NCBI GenBank assembly: GCA_039096225.1
Contig: JBBPEB010000015.1
Location: 744,001 to 808,000 of the forward strand
Source: Blastocystis sp. Blastoise
Taxonomy: Eukaryota > Protista > Bigyra: Opalinata
Length of the DNA stretch: 64,000 nucleotides
Reading direction: 5' to 3'
Part shown: one piece after another, positions 1 to 22,611 of the stretch
How the letters are laid out: each line of letters starts with the position of its first letter
How positions within the stretch are numbered: the first letter of the stretch is position 1
Notes under the pieces: model-generated
Seen by the model: only the letters and a program-made list of their open reading frames with translations
Databases searched by the model: none
What the model was told of the DNA's origin: nothing
Program-made: the position numbers and the translations under genes

Positions 1-553
1 GTGGAGGCTGCTATTCTTTTGGAAGCTAAATGGCAAGATCTTGCTGATGAAGTATATTTCAAAGTTATTATAATATATAATACTTTTTTTGGCTTTATAT
101 ATATATATGTATATATACAGATTTGGGTTGTTTCTATTCCTACAGAAGTAGCTATTGAACGTTTATCATCTCGAAATCATTTAAAATATCATCTCTATAT
201 AATATATACTATATATATAATATATAATATATAATATATAATATATAATATATAATATATAATATATAATATATAATATATAATATATAATATATATATA
301 ATATTCTATATCACCTTAATAATTCTATTCGTTCTCAAGCTATTGAAAGATTGAATTCTCAATGGAGTAATGAGCAAAGAGAACAATTTGCGACTAAAGT
401 ATATTTTCATATAAACTTCTTTTCATTTTTATATATTTTTATTTCATTGTTTTATTATAGGTATTTTATAACATTAATCAAAAAGAATTCGAAGAACAAG
501 TATTAACATGTTTTCATGAAGTACAAAATAAACTGATAAAATCTAATAATTAA
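1..553 (+). CDS. 3' part of dephospho-CoA kinase / bifunctional CoA synthase (5'-truncated by window)
   Basis: Exons 1-51, 121-185, 329-398 and 461-553 give VEAAILLEAKWQDLADEIWVVSIPTEVAIERLSSRNHLNRSQAIERLNSQWSNEQREQFATKVFYN...; this matches the DPCK C-terminal pattern (EAAxLLEAxW..xVWV..P.E.A..R...R..L....A..R..SQ). Intron 2 is non-canonical (AT-AT). Confidence 0.85.
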
Positions 554-1602
554 ATTGTATCTTGACTGTTTTATGTACTATATATGTATATATATGTATT
601 TATGATATTATTTAATATATTATTACTTAATGTGAGCATTTCATTCATTTGCTATAGTTTTTATTAATATAATATAGTAAGATATTACTATTTATAATAA
701 AGAAATAAGCATTCTAATGTGTAACTAGTAAGCAATATTGAACACAATATATCAATATACTTTTATAATTATTTTTAAAAATCATGAATTAATAATATAT
801 AAACGAATAATTTTTAAAATGTTGTTGAAAATATGAAAATATATAGAATAATGAATCAATTCATAAAAGAAACAATCTGTATAGAAAAGAGTTACTTAGT
901 CTATTTATAATCACTAATTCTTGTCTAGTTTTATTATGTACAAAATTCTACTTGATGATTGTTTTACATTGCTTGCAAATGATAATTCTAATTATAACTC
1001 ATATCACCTAGTATTTGCTATCACTAAATAATCATCACACTTTATTTTCCTAATTCACTAATATTTTAACTTTTATATTCTTTGACTATAATAATTAGAA
1101 TGCTAAGGTTAATGATACTATTATATACAAACTATTTATGATAATAGTTATACATTTTCACATGTAATCACACATTCAACTTGCAAATGATTCGAAAATA
1201 ACGAACATTACTATGTATACATACATCTATATGATTCTATTCATAAAAATATATAAATAAATCTATCAATTGCAAACTAAATAAAGATCACATAATTGAA
1301 TTTCCGACTTTGAATTCGAACAGCGTTCATTTATTGTATTCTTACTCTTACAAGTATCAAACATGTCAAAGCAATAGATATCTATTTTTATTTTAAGAAT
1401 TAGTTAAACGAACAAGAATCGTGGAAAAATCCAGATTTTTCTCTCATTTTTGGTTGAAATAAACAAATTGTTGTTTCTCATTTTTTTTCTCTTTAAGCAT
1501 TATATATAAAGTGTTTGTGATTAAAACCTAAGGTAGAAAAACTCTATTTGAAGCTTTCATTACAGAATTTATACTTATTCTGGAAACAAAAAATCATTTT
1601 CA

Positions 1603-3320
1603 ATGTTTAATTCCACGTCATATCAATCAAAAGATGAGTACAGATTCACAGTGTTGGTATGATTCTTAATTTATAAATATATGATTATTTAAATGATTTA
1701 GTATTCATTGAAGAAAAGTACTGATCTCTTTCTTATTGAATCCAAAGATACTATTTTTACGTATGACTATCCATGTGTCTCTTTGTTATGTATGTATTTA
1801 TATTATTCTCTTTGTATCTTTAATATTATAACTATTCATTGTATAGTAAAGAATTTATTAAATTGTTTTATATCTGATTTGAATCCAAAGAAAAATGAAG
1901 CTATGCTTTGGGAACTTATTGAAGAGTTAATTAATTCTCAAGAGAATTGTACCATGTTTCGTTCACCAGAATATATAAAACATCTTGTATGTTTTTTTTT
2001 TTACATTTTTGTTTGTATTTATAAATATATGTATTTAGAAACCACATGGAAAACTACTTACTTTTCTCTGCAATTTATTAAATAATAACATTTTATTAGA
2101 TTTCATTCAAGTATTTATAGATTTGTTTTTTATTTTGTTTTATTTTTCACAATTATATATATATCTATTACTATTTTTATTACTTTTAGTTCTATTTTTA
2201 ATTTATATTTTTAGGTTTTCTTTTTAAGTCCAATTATTAAAGTTATGTATAAAGAAGAATCTTTATGGAGATTTGAAGATGATAAATATATATTTGTATA
2301 TTTATTATTTAGTATTATGATAAAATATTATTATTAAGAATATATATATTGTATTATTAATTATATAGTAACATATATTATTATTCATTGTATATTATTA
2401 TGCTATAATATATATAGGTAGATATGATACGTATGATAGATACAGTTCACTTTCAAATCCCTCTCGATAGCCCGCGAAATGATGAAACTACTATCCTTAT
2501 GTATATATATATCATTTATATACATATTATGCTTTTTATAGTATTTATAGTATTTATATTATTATTATTATTATATATATAGAAAAGAAACAAATAAGTC
2601 AGTTCAGGACAACTCATCACATGTATTTATTTATATTATTTTTTTTTTTATTTACTTTATAGAAAAATGGCTCCTTTATTCTGTATATGAATTGTGATTA
2701 AACATAATAATATAATAATATAATAATATAATAATATAATAATATAATAATATAATAATATAATAATATAATAATATAATAATATAATAATATAAAATAT
2801 GATAATATAATAATATAATAATATAATAATATAATAATATAATAATATAATAATATAATAATATAACAATATATTTTATTTGTTTTCTATAGTAAATCTA
2901 TTAATTCTATTATTACGTCTCTTAACAATTCTCTGTTTTATTTTGATAATTATGTGAATGAAATATTGACCACAAGACAAGAAAATAATACATTTGCACT
3001 AGCTCTATATGATAGCTCTAATAAAACAACGAATTATATATATCGATCAAATTCAGAACCTCAGACATGTGTTCCTGCGATTATACTTTATTCATTATCT
3101 TGGATTATTGATAATAGTAATTATCAAACTACATTTTATCTTAATCAAGATATATCTTGTATATATATATTACGCAACTATTATAGCATGCATGCGTGTT
3201 TTCCTGATTATACAGATATTGGAAGTGTTTGGGGTATATATTACTTATTATTATTTACATATATATAGTATAAGAAAGTTTATTGATTATTTTATATACA
3301 TTATAAGAGAATTTATTGAT

Positions 3321-3356
<36 letters not shown>

Positions 3357-6307
3357 TAAACAATTTGTATGATTTCTGAAAGTAAATTATAACTATATAT
3401 ATATATATAGCTCTTCTATTTTCTTATTTAACTTTAATTCCTGATTCTCTCTTTCCTTCTGAAAAGGCATATACATTCTTAGTATGTCAATTTATTTATG
3501 ATCCAAAACAGAAGCTAAAAGCTATTACGAATCTGCTTCGAGACATACCTGTGCCACATAAATATCTATTGGAACGACTTTTTACAACATTAACACAATT
3601 ATATCATTCATTAGGTATATATATATATATATATATTTATAAGAGAAATTCAATATATATTTATATAGTATATAGTATTTTATATTATACTTCAATAATA
3701 TATATATATATAGGATATAATAGTGAAACTCATGTATTTAGACGTCGTCTTTGTGAAATGTTTGGCTCTGTGTTAATACGACACTCTAATACTATATATC
3801 TGTCAGGAGGAGAGAAGGAAGCTTCTATCGATCTTATCGAATTCATATTATTAAATAGTAACCAAATATTCCTGGGAATCCAAAAAGAATTAGAAATATT
3901 AGATGTATATAGATAATTATATACATATTTTTTATATCTATTTTATTATTTGAATATTTTAAATGAAATTATTCATAAAAATATTTTTTTATTTATAATT
4001 CTCTTAATATCTTTATACATCTATCTATATATCTATCTATATATCTATATATATATCTATAAAGGTTCTTTTAACTAATAAGAAGAATTCACTTCTTCAT
4101 ATTAACTCTACTTTATCAGAGATAGTTACTCCTACAAATGAGGCTCATAAGAAATTACTAAAGAGATTATGGTATTCACTTGTTGGAGAAAAACTAAAAC
4201 TACAAGGAAAAGGTATAGAGTTATATAATTATATGTATTTATTATTTTGAATAAGAACTATATATTCTAAATATGATTTATATATAAATAAATACTTGTT
4301 AAACTTATGCTTATAAACTATTGATTATCCTTATTATACTGATGATTATAATTTTTTATAATTCTTATTATTATACTAAGACTAATTATTATTATATAGA
4401 TCCTCTTCCTTATGCTCCAGAATCTCCCCTCTGGCGGGAAGTTGGATTTCAGAGGGATACCCCTTGGACCGATTTCCGCGGGGGAGGTGTATATGCATTG
4501 GAAAATCTTGTTTATTTCGTGGAAAATTATCCAAATGTTGTAACTGAAGCACTTAATTTTGATAGTGAACATTTGTATATATATTTATTATTAATCATAT
4601 TAGTATAATTATAGTCTTATGTAATTTTTATGATATTTATTTCTATTACTATATATATTATAATTATTAGTTTATATTAAGAATTATAATGAATTTTATA
4701 TGGTTATTTTATAGTTTCCCCTTTGCTATTGTTGGTGTAAATATAACTGGTATTCTTGCTCAATTATTAGGTATATATAATAATATAGTATAATTATTAT
4801 CTAAATTTTTTTCATTTTTTTTATTTATTTTCTAAGTTGGCTATAAATATATAAATATATAAATATATAAATATATAAATATATAAATATATAAATATAT
4901 AAATATATAAATATATAAATATATAAATATATAAATATATAAATATATAAATATATAAATATATAAATATATAAATATATAAATATATAAATATATAAAT
5001 ATATAAATATATAAATATATAAATATATAAATATATAAATATATAAATATATAAATATATAAATATATAAATATATAAATATATAAATATATAAATATAT
5101 ATAGGACTGGATGCTTCTCCTGAAGTATATTCTCCTCTCTCTCATGTTCAAACACCTATATGGATATTAGCTAATGAACCTGGAATGTTCAATCAAGTAT
5201 ATATATATAGCATTCAAATTCTTTTTATCTTTATATTTTCCATATAACTATACTATTATTAACTATTATTTTCTATATATATCTATATTATTATTTTATT
5301 ATCTATAGTTATACTGTATGACTATGTTATATGTATTATCTCAATATAAATCATTAAATGTTACATTTCTTACAATTGGACCAATTTTACAATCAACAAA
5401 AATAGAATTACGTAAAATCTTAGCTACTTATCCGGATAGTTTAAAGTCCTTAGCAGTTTATATTGAACAATTACGAAAGAAATATGATAAAGATTGCTCT
5501 TCTCCTTCTATTACTGTAACTCATCAGAATTCGTATCCCGATGATTCTAATCCTCATAGTACTAGTTCCTTCTCTTTAATGCGAAATAACGGATTATCAC
5601 GGTTATCTGGATCTATGATGAATGATATAAGAAGAAGTAATAGTAGTAGACAATCCAATCATACTGGAAATGATAAGTTAAATATTAGTGTTGATATTGA
5701 ATTATTAAATCAGGAAGATGATATAACAGATTTATCTATTGATAATTATGAAAATGATGATATGATTATTTCTGATAAATATATAAATGAACAATTTTGG
5801 TTTTTACCTTCTCATTGGAAAATACTAAAGAAGCACGTTCCTCTTCGTTATCAAGGATGTGCACTTAAATTAATATATAAATTACAAGTCGATGGAGCTA
5901 GTTGCGCTACACTGATAGAGAAAAGTCGCGGTATTTCTGCAGGATTATTAATTATACGAGATGCAGGACGTGGTATTTTTGGTGGATTTATTACTGAAAG
6001 TTTAAAGTATTTACCTCGTTATTATGGTTCAGGTGAATCATTTGTATTTTCATTTAGTGACATGACTACAGCAAAAGTATATAAATGGAGTCAACTGAAT
6101 TCTTTCTTTATACATAGTGATGAAACTCATATTGGAATGGGTGGAGGGGGTTCTTTTGCTTTTTATTTAGATACAGATCTTAATGATGGCTATAGTGGTT
6201 TTTGTAAAACATATAATAGTGAATGTCTTTCAACTACAGGAGATTTTCAATGTTATGATTTAGAATTATGGAGTTTTGTGAATGCCATTGAATTATTTTC
6301 TAAATAA
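1603..6307 (+). CDS. Multidomain RUN-like + RhoGAP-like + ELMO/CED-12 + TLDc protein (16 exons)
   Basis: All introns GT-AG and in frame. ELMO motifs [29 protein letters not shown] and [11 protein letters not shown]. TLDc motifs [41 protein letters not shown]. RhoGAP-like [15 protein letters not shown] and [28 protein letters not shown]-like [26 protein letters not shown] (weakest call). Confidence 0.8.
4842..5102 (+). repeat. (ATATATAA)n microsatellite filling intron 14 of the ELMO-TLDc gene
   Basis: Perfect 8-bp tandem repeat running right up to the AG acceptor at 5103-5104. Confidence 0.95.
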
Positions 6308-7091
6308 AATAATAAATTATATATGAACTTTAAACTATTCTTTATTGTAAATACGAAATATATATATATATATATATTCGTTATTCTTAAGCAATATTTC
6401 TATATATATTTTAATTTCTCTAATCTTTTTATATAATATATATATCTATTATTATCGTTTTCAATTCCTTTTCAATATATATATGTCACACCATTTTTTC
6501 TTTTTCTCTTTCAATTTTGTTTCTCTTTGGATTGTGATTTTATTTAAAAATAATTCTCGTTCTATATTGTTATCTACTTTTGATATTTTAGTATGGTTCT
6601 CATTATATATTTATATATACATATTGATAACATCATAATTTAGCATATATAGTGGTTTGTTTGAATTCTATATATTAACTATACAAAAAGCATACTATTC
6701 TTCAAATATATATACTATTTGAATTAGGGTTATTAATAACAATACTACATTATGATTGACATGTGTTAAAATCATTCATTATAATTTAATAATATATCGT
6801 GATATGAATATACTGAATGATAAAATAATCAATATCATGGAAATAAAAACAACAAAACTAGTAAAATATGCTATTAGGAATTCTTAAAGATAAAAAAAAA
6901 TCTATATAGAATATAACGAAATATTAAGAAGAACCAGAAAAGAAGAAAATTAATGTAAAAAACGTAAACTGGAAAAAAAATAGAAGAAATAAAGATATAT
7001 ATATATATAATGTTCATGTAGAAAAGAAACTATAATAAATATAAATATATGAATAGATAATTAATAATAATAATACAAATAAAATGTATAA

Positions 7092-7099
7092 AACAAACA
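7092..7099 (-). promoter_or_regulatory. TGTTTGTT downstream (polyadenylation-associated) element
   Basis: Exact TGTTTGTT on the minus strand ~30 nt after the stop at 7128. This is the GU-rich motif known downstream of Blastocystis poly(A) sites. Looser TGTTTTGT variants follow several other genes. Confidence 0.45.
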
Positions 7100-7127
7100 G
7101 GATATCAGTAAAAAAAAATGATATTAA

Positions 7128-16178
<9,051 letters not shown>

Positions 16179-16295
16179 TGTCTAAATTGTAATAAATGAT
16201 ATCAAGAATAGAGCAACTCTTTGTATTCAAAGGGAAAACAGGGATTAAAGGTTGTTTGAAAAGAAAGTCTTATCGTTTTTCTCATTTACCACCAC

Positions 16296-16305
16296 AATTC
16301 CCGCC
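16296..16305 (-). promoter_or_regulatory. E2F-like site (GGCGGGAATT) ~120 bp upstream of the large nuclear protein gene
   Basis: Isolated GC-rich TTCCCGCC in an AT-rich promoter. The same GCGGGAA core occurs upstream of EAF6 and RecQ. Confidence 0.55.
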
Positions 16306-16357
16306 ATAATTGAGTTGCTGAAAAATATTCAGATTTTATTTTGTTTTTTCAATATTA

Positions 16358-17437
16358 CAGCTATTTTATAAATTTTAAGAGGTTTGAGATTTTTTTTAAA
16401 CCTTTGAGGAAAAACCAGAGTTTTTCATGAAAAATACTGTGTCTTTGTGGTAAAAATCCTGAGTATTTTGAGTAAAAATATAAAAGCATTTAAGTATAAA
16501 TCTTAAACAAGCTATTTTCTTTATTTCATATATAAAACGTTTAAAAACACGACAACTATTTTTTAAACGACACACCATTTTGGGGAAAACAACTTTTAAC
16601 TTATAATAAACAATCATTTTCTTTTGATCACTTAATGACTTAAATAACTCTACAATTATTTTATAAAACTTTATTTACAAGCATTTATGTACAAAATAAA
16701 CTATTTTTATTATCATTTAAAGGTCGATATCCCGATTGTTTCTAATAATCTACTTTTAAAAACGTTATTCACTATAAAATGTGTCAATATGAAAAGGACA
16801 TATCAAATTCTATTAGAAAATGTGTCTATCATTTAAAAATAAAAAATTAATATATTGATTGAAAAAAGTTGAAAAATCTGTTTTTTGACTTAAACTGGAA
16901 ATACATTTTTGCCGCCAATTCGGAAAAATATATAAAAAATTCAAATTATAGAAATAGTCTTTTATTTGATACTTTTTAATTATGAAAAAATATATTTTAA
17001 AGGCAATATTACGTCAAATAATAAATAACAAACTTTTGAGTTAGTTGACATCAAATGATAAGCACACATTGGTCGCTAATCATCATTATTTAAGTGTTTT
17101 CTTATTAAACTAGTTGTTTTAGAATATTTAAATATTATTTTTACGGGTTATTTAAGTCATTAAGTGATCAAAAGAAAATGATTGTTTATTATAAGTTAAA
17201 AGTTGTTTTCCCCAAAATGGTGTGTCGTTTAAAAAATAGTTGTCGTGTTTTTAAACGTTTTATATATGAAATAAAGAAAATAGCTTGTTTAAGATTTATA
17301 CTTAAATGCTTTTATATTTTTACTCAAAATACTCAGGATTTTTACCACAAAGACACAGTATTTTTCATGAAAAACTCTGGTTTTTCCTCAAAGGTTTAAA
17401 AAAAATCTCAAACCTCTTAAAATTTATAAAATAGCTG
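16358..17437. mobile_element. Non-autonomous Tc1/mariner-type DNA transposon (long-TIR MITE)
   Basis: 291-bp inverted repeats at 16358-16648 and 17147-17437, identical as far as I can read. Termini CAG...CTG are flanked by TA on both sides (16356-57, 17438-39). The 498-bp core has no transposase ORF. Confidence 0.85.
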
Positions 17438-17945
17438 TATTTTTGTTTTATTCATTATTAAGAAGGTAATCATATAAAGTGGAATAAATAATAAAATTTA
17501 GAAGTAATGGATAATGATATTATCTAAGATTCATTACATAAAATGATAGAATACATAAATTGAGATTCAAGAATGGATATATAGGATGAAAACATAGATA
17601 TAAGTGAGTGTTGTGATAGTTTAATAAAGTAAATGAATAACAAACTAGTTTTCATGTAAATATACGAACTATGGAACTATCTATTATACAAAGTTGTTGA
17701 GAAAACTATTATCTCTAAAAGATAATAATGATATTTAGACTAAGTATAAGTAACGAACGATGTCTATTATGTATATGATGAAAATAAAAGAGAGATAAGT
17801 AAATTAAAAAAATATATATAATAAAATAGAGCTATTTAAAAGAACAAAGAATATAGATTTGAAATAAAGTTAACAAATCATATATTTAAAGACGCAATTA
17901 ATTATTTCAAATTATCAAATGCATGATAATTATTATTATTATTGT

Positions 17946-19450
17946 TTAAAATTCATATCTAAAGAAATATAAAATAATAATCATATTAAAAAAATAAACA
18001 AAAATATATAAAAAATATTATAAAAAATAAATATAAATAAGAATAAATATTATTATTATTATATATATATACCTATCAGGTTTATGAGATCCAGTACTTC
18101 TATTAAGAAGTTCAATTATAGCTTCTTCAGAAAGATCATCAAGGGAATCAGCTCTCATCTCAGCATGATAAATTTATGTATATATTATGATTAATATATA
18201 TCATAATAGAATTAAATAATAATAATTAATAGTTCTATAAAAAAAAAAAAAAGCAAAAAACAAATAAATAAATACTTCTAATTTCTTTAAAATAGTATTT
18301 TTTTGTGTCCCAACTCTAGTTCTACAGAAAATACTAGCACCAGAAGGTACCCAAGCAAACATAACATATCGTTCACGTCTGCTTTCAACGGAACCAGTAG
18401 TACTAATAGCTATTACTTTAACAACACCATAGACAACTTGATCATTAGGTAATAAAGAACGTAATTCATTTAATCCTTGATTACCTTTAGCAAAAATAGT
18501 TATTTGATCTGCTTTATCAACGCTCATTAAGATCCAATTAATATTTTCAGTTTCTTTAAATTCTTCCCAAGTAGACTCAAAGGTAGTAGTATCCGTTTGA
18601 ATATTGGATTCTGTTTCAAAAAGAACACTGTTATTCTATAAAGAAATATATTTTATTATATTTATATTATTCTTGGGTAATCATAATTTATAAATAAATA
18701 AATAATAATTAATAAAGTAAATGATTATAAATGATATATATATATATATTTATATATATATATACAAGATCTTGATTATCAAAGATATAACTATCAGGAG
18801 CATGAGCACCAGCACATTTAGTAAGAGCATCACAAATAATATCTTTTGTCATCTCTTCCACAGAAGAAATCTGAAATTCAATATGAGCGCGCTGAATAAA
18901 ATAAATAAATAAATATAATAAATAAATAATAAAAAAATAATAACTAAATAATAACTAAATAATAACTAAATAATAACTAAATAATAAATAAATAATAAAT
19001 AAATAAATATAATAAATATAATAAATAAATAATAAATAAAATAAATATAATAAATAAATAAATAAATAAAATAAACTCAACAAACATAATAAACTTAATT
19101 GAAACATATATATATACATTGAAAAGTTTACGGACACAGTTAATAGTACCAGAAACTTTAGCACGAGTCATAATAGATACATTAGGACCAATCCAAGAGA
19201 AGAAAACAAACTTAGGACGTTTACTAGTGATTTCAGAAGATTGATCGATAGCAACAACACGGAAAAAACCATATTGAGCTTTAGTAGCATCTAAATATTG
19301 AATCATTTCATCATAACCTCCATTACCTGAAGCTAATACACTTACGGTATTGTTTTTTTCTTGATCGACAAGGATCCAATTCGTGGGATCGTTATCATCT
19401 TGAACTTTGGTATAAGCTTCACTATTTTCTACAGCAGATGTATCAGCCAT
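17946..19450 (-). CDS. Coactosin-like actin-binding protein with two tandem ADF-H domains
   Basis: Domain 1: YTKVQDDNDPTNWILV..SGNGGYDEM..QYGFFRV..KFVFFSWIGPNVSIMTRAKV. Domain 2: NWILM..QVVYGVVKV..RYVMFAWVP. Both end GAH/GSH-x-PD-x-Y-x-F. Four introns, one of them GT-AA. Confidence 0.85.
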
Positions 19451-19853
19451 TTTAAATCACCTTGTGAGTAATAAGAGTATTATTTGATGAATTGTTTATT
19501 CAAAAAATATAAAAAACATTAAGAATTCCCTAATGCATCGCATCCAACAATCTTCTTCATATTAGGAGAGACATTGCTGCATTAAGTCTTTAATTCAAAT
19601 ATTTCCATGAAAACAAATGTTTTGTGTGTATAATAAAGAAAATAACCATGAATATATAATCATTAGTTAGGATGAAACACATTTTTCTACAGTATTCCTC
19701 ATTGGGATGGTATTTTTTTGACAAAGATCACGTTTCCATTTTTTCATGTGAATAACCACGATTTTATTAAAACAAAAAAAAAACAAAAATAGAAACAGGA
19801 GAAATCAGGGAAATGATTCACACATTTCTCATTATTCATTATTTTTTATCATT

Positions 19854-21536
19854 ATGGCATCAATTTCATGTATACGGCTCTTATTCTACTATATATTATT
19901 ATAAATATCTTATAATTTATATAGTACCAAAAAAAGGATTAGAAGGAGTCAAACTTTTCTGTGAAAATGCACAAAAAGGTTCTTATAAAACCTTGAATTA
20001 CTCAATTAATCTTGCTTGTATACTATATATTCTATATTATATTATAGTTCTAATATAGCTTCTGAAATTGATGATGAAGGTTTACATTTAATTACAAATG
20101 CTTTTAAGAAAGATCTCTTCCCATTAGCCACAGAACTCATTCTGAGTGGTATATATATTTATATAAATTTTAATAGTAATCATATAAGAAAAGTTGCCAT
20201 TTATTATTTTTTTTAATTATTTCTAATTTTATTATTTTTATAGATAACCCAATCACAGAGAAAGGACTTCAAGAACTCTTTGATTGTCTTAAGAATGGAC
20301 ATATGACTTATATGCTTTTGATCTCCTTAAATCAAATTCCACTAAATGACAATTGCCTTTCTTATATTAATCAATATTTAAATTCAACCTATGCAACCAA
20401 TCTTCAAGGATTATCTTTAGATAGTATATTTACTGATTATATATATATATATATCATGTTTTACTATTATTCTCATCTCTAGATTGCTCACTCAATGAAT
20501 GTTCTATTCAACTTATTCAAAATATCATTAAATCTAAAGTTTTTGATAATTTCCTTATTTTTGGTCTTGGAGGTATTTTTCTTATATGATATAGAATAAT
20601 TATTATCATTTATAAGCTATATATATAAATATATATATATGGAATATCTATTTGAATATATTAAATAGGTAATTCGTTTGGTGAGAAATGTAAAGATATT
20701 ATTGAAGTTCTTAATAAGCCAAATCATTTAAAGAAATTCACATTTCATCGTATATAAATAATTATTATTTATTTTATGTATATATTCCTAATAAAATATA
20801 AAAAAATATTATTCATAAAATATTAATTATTTATATGTCACTAGAAAATATATGTAATGATGAAGCTATGTCTTTATTAATAAAACAATTTGATCAAGGA
20901 TATTATAAAAATATGAACATTTTAAACTTATCTTATAATAATATGAATACTTTATTACCTCGTTTCTTATGTGCATTTAATAAACAAAATTTCCCTTTAT
21001 TAAAACGAATCGATTTATCAGGATGTTTTATTAATCATTTCATTAATTCATTTTCAGACTCTTTTTCATCATATTCAAATCTTTTAGAAGAAATCATTTT
21101 GAAAGGTATATATATTTATATTTCTTTTTGTTAGCATTTTTTTTTTATTCTTTATTATATTAATATAATATTGTTTTATTATTATAATATTGTTTTATTA
21201 TTAAATAATGAATATAAGTGAGTCAATAGAATAATAATTATTTTTTTATATTTATTTTTAGATAATTCTATTGATGAAGAAGGTCTTCCTTTATTATTAT
21301 CTACATTACAGAAAAATGTTGACAAACAAATCAGAGTTTTAGATATTTCATGGAATGATATTGGTGATGAAGGTGCGAAACTAATAGTTGATTTCTTTGG
21401 ACAACCCAATAATATGCCCTATTTGAAAGTCATTTTTATTGCTCAAAATAGCATTGGCTCACAATTTAATAAATTAGCATCTATCTTAACAAAACGAAAG
21501 ATATCTACTCCAGCTATAGAGAGTCAATGGCTCTAG
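19854..21536 (+). CDS. RNI-like leucine-rich repeat protein (8 exons)
   Basis: Repeats LILSDNPITEKG, LNLSYNNM, LKRIDLSGCFI, IILKDNSIDEEG, VLDISWNDIGDEGA; all seven introns are GT-AG phase 1. Confidence 0.8.
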
Positions 21537-21747
21537 TTAGTATAATTATGTATTCAACAGGTCTAAATATATATTTGCTATTTTACTTTTGCTTATTATT
21601 GCTACATTATTTTGGTTTTGTGAAGTTAATTTTATATGTATGCAATAAAAAACGATAAAGAATCATGGTTTACATTAAAAGATTTGAATAAAACATATAA
21701 AATGAATAACAAGAAAAAGAAACTCCACTGTTGAGACGAAGGTATTT

Positions 21748-21757
21748 GCGGGAATTG
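21748..21757 (+). promoter_or_regulatory. E2F-like site GCGGGAATTG upstream of EAF6
   Basis: 10-bp match to the minus-strand site at 16295-16304; lies 100 bp before the ATG. Confidence 0.5.
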
Positions 21758-21847
21758 ACTTTTTTTCCCAATGAAAATAGTTTGATTTTTCAGTTAATTA
21801 TTAAAAAAAGTTTCTTTTGACATTCAATCTGTTTATAAGTTCAAGAA

Positions 21848-22231
21848 ATGGATTATGTCAGTACATCAAAAGTGAAATCAAGTCAGATGCAGCAGCTTTT
21901 GACTCAAGCAAAGCAAGTTCAAGATCGTTTAAATACAACAGAGAAGAACATATATGATTTAGAAACTAAATATCTTGAAGATACATTTGCACAAGGAAAT
22001 CTGAGTCGTGGTTGGGAAGGTTTTATTGATAATCGATCAGCTTCTTTAGCTAGAAGAACTGCAATTTCTAGAGAGGAAAGAATATTTTCTTTGAGCTCAG
22101 TTACATCTCCATTACATCAAAATGTTGTAGAAGATGATATTCATTCAGTCAGTTCCTATGAGAGTACATCAAGTAAACGTCAGAAACGAAATAGAAAGAA
22201 GAAACAATATTATGAAGATGAACTTGAATAA
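21848..22231 (+). CDS. EAF6: Chromatin modification protein EAF6/MEAF6 (NuA4 subunit), intronless
   Basis: EKNIYDLETKYLEDT..GNLSRGWEGF...ERIFSLSSVTS is the Eaf6 signature. Confidence 0.92.
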   Translation: MDYVSTSKVKSSQMQQLLTQAKQVQDRLNTTEKNIYDLETKYLEDTFAQGNLSRGWEGFIDNRSASLARRTAISREERIFSLSSVTSPLHQNVVEDDIHSVSSYESTSSKRQKRNRKKKQYYEDELE

Positions 22232-22611
22232 ATTCTTGTAGTATACAATTTCTTGTTTTATATTAGTTTTTAGCATGCTTTTTTTTTCTTTTTTCGTCGT
22301 TATTATTTAATTTGTTCATGTTTATTATTCTTATATGGTTGCTATTAATAATTCTATTACAATAAATTAAACAAAAAAAAATTAAATAAAAATAATAATT
22401 AAATAAATATAAATATAATGAAAATGAATCGTTATTTATAATACAAAAAAACAAATAACAATTTAATTGGAAAACATTGAATATGAAATAATACAGATTA
22501 TATATAAAGAAAGATTTAAAAAAATAAAGTATTTGAATATAAAACAGATATATACATATTTACTGTCTTTTTAAGATAGGATCAGCAATAGTATGATAAT
22601 TATTCAGAAGT

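Noticed and set aside
554-1602. RNA genes in the larger intergenic gaps (also 24200-25000, 35800-36900, 46750-47380)
   Set aside because: No tRNA cloverleaf, rRNA or snRNA motifs recognisable by eye; an Infernal/Rfam scan would be needed to exclude them.
4842-5102. Telomere-like tandem repeat
   Set aside because: AT-only, intronic and flanked by in-frame exons of a single gene.
16396-17399. Two identical 73-aa ORFs (16396-16617 minus, 17178-17399 plus)
   Set aside because: They lie wholly inside the 291-bp TIRs and have no recognisable transposase or other motif; the duplication is explained by the repeat.
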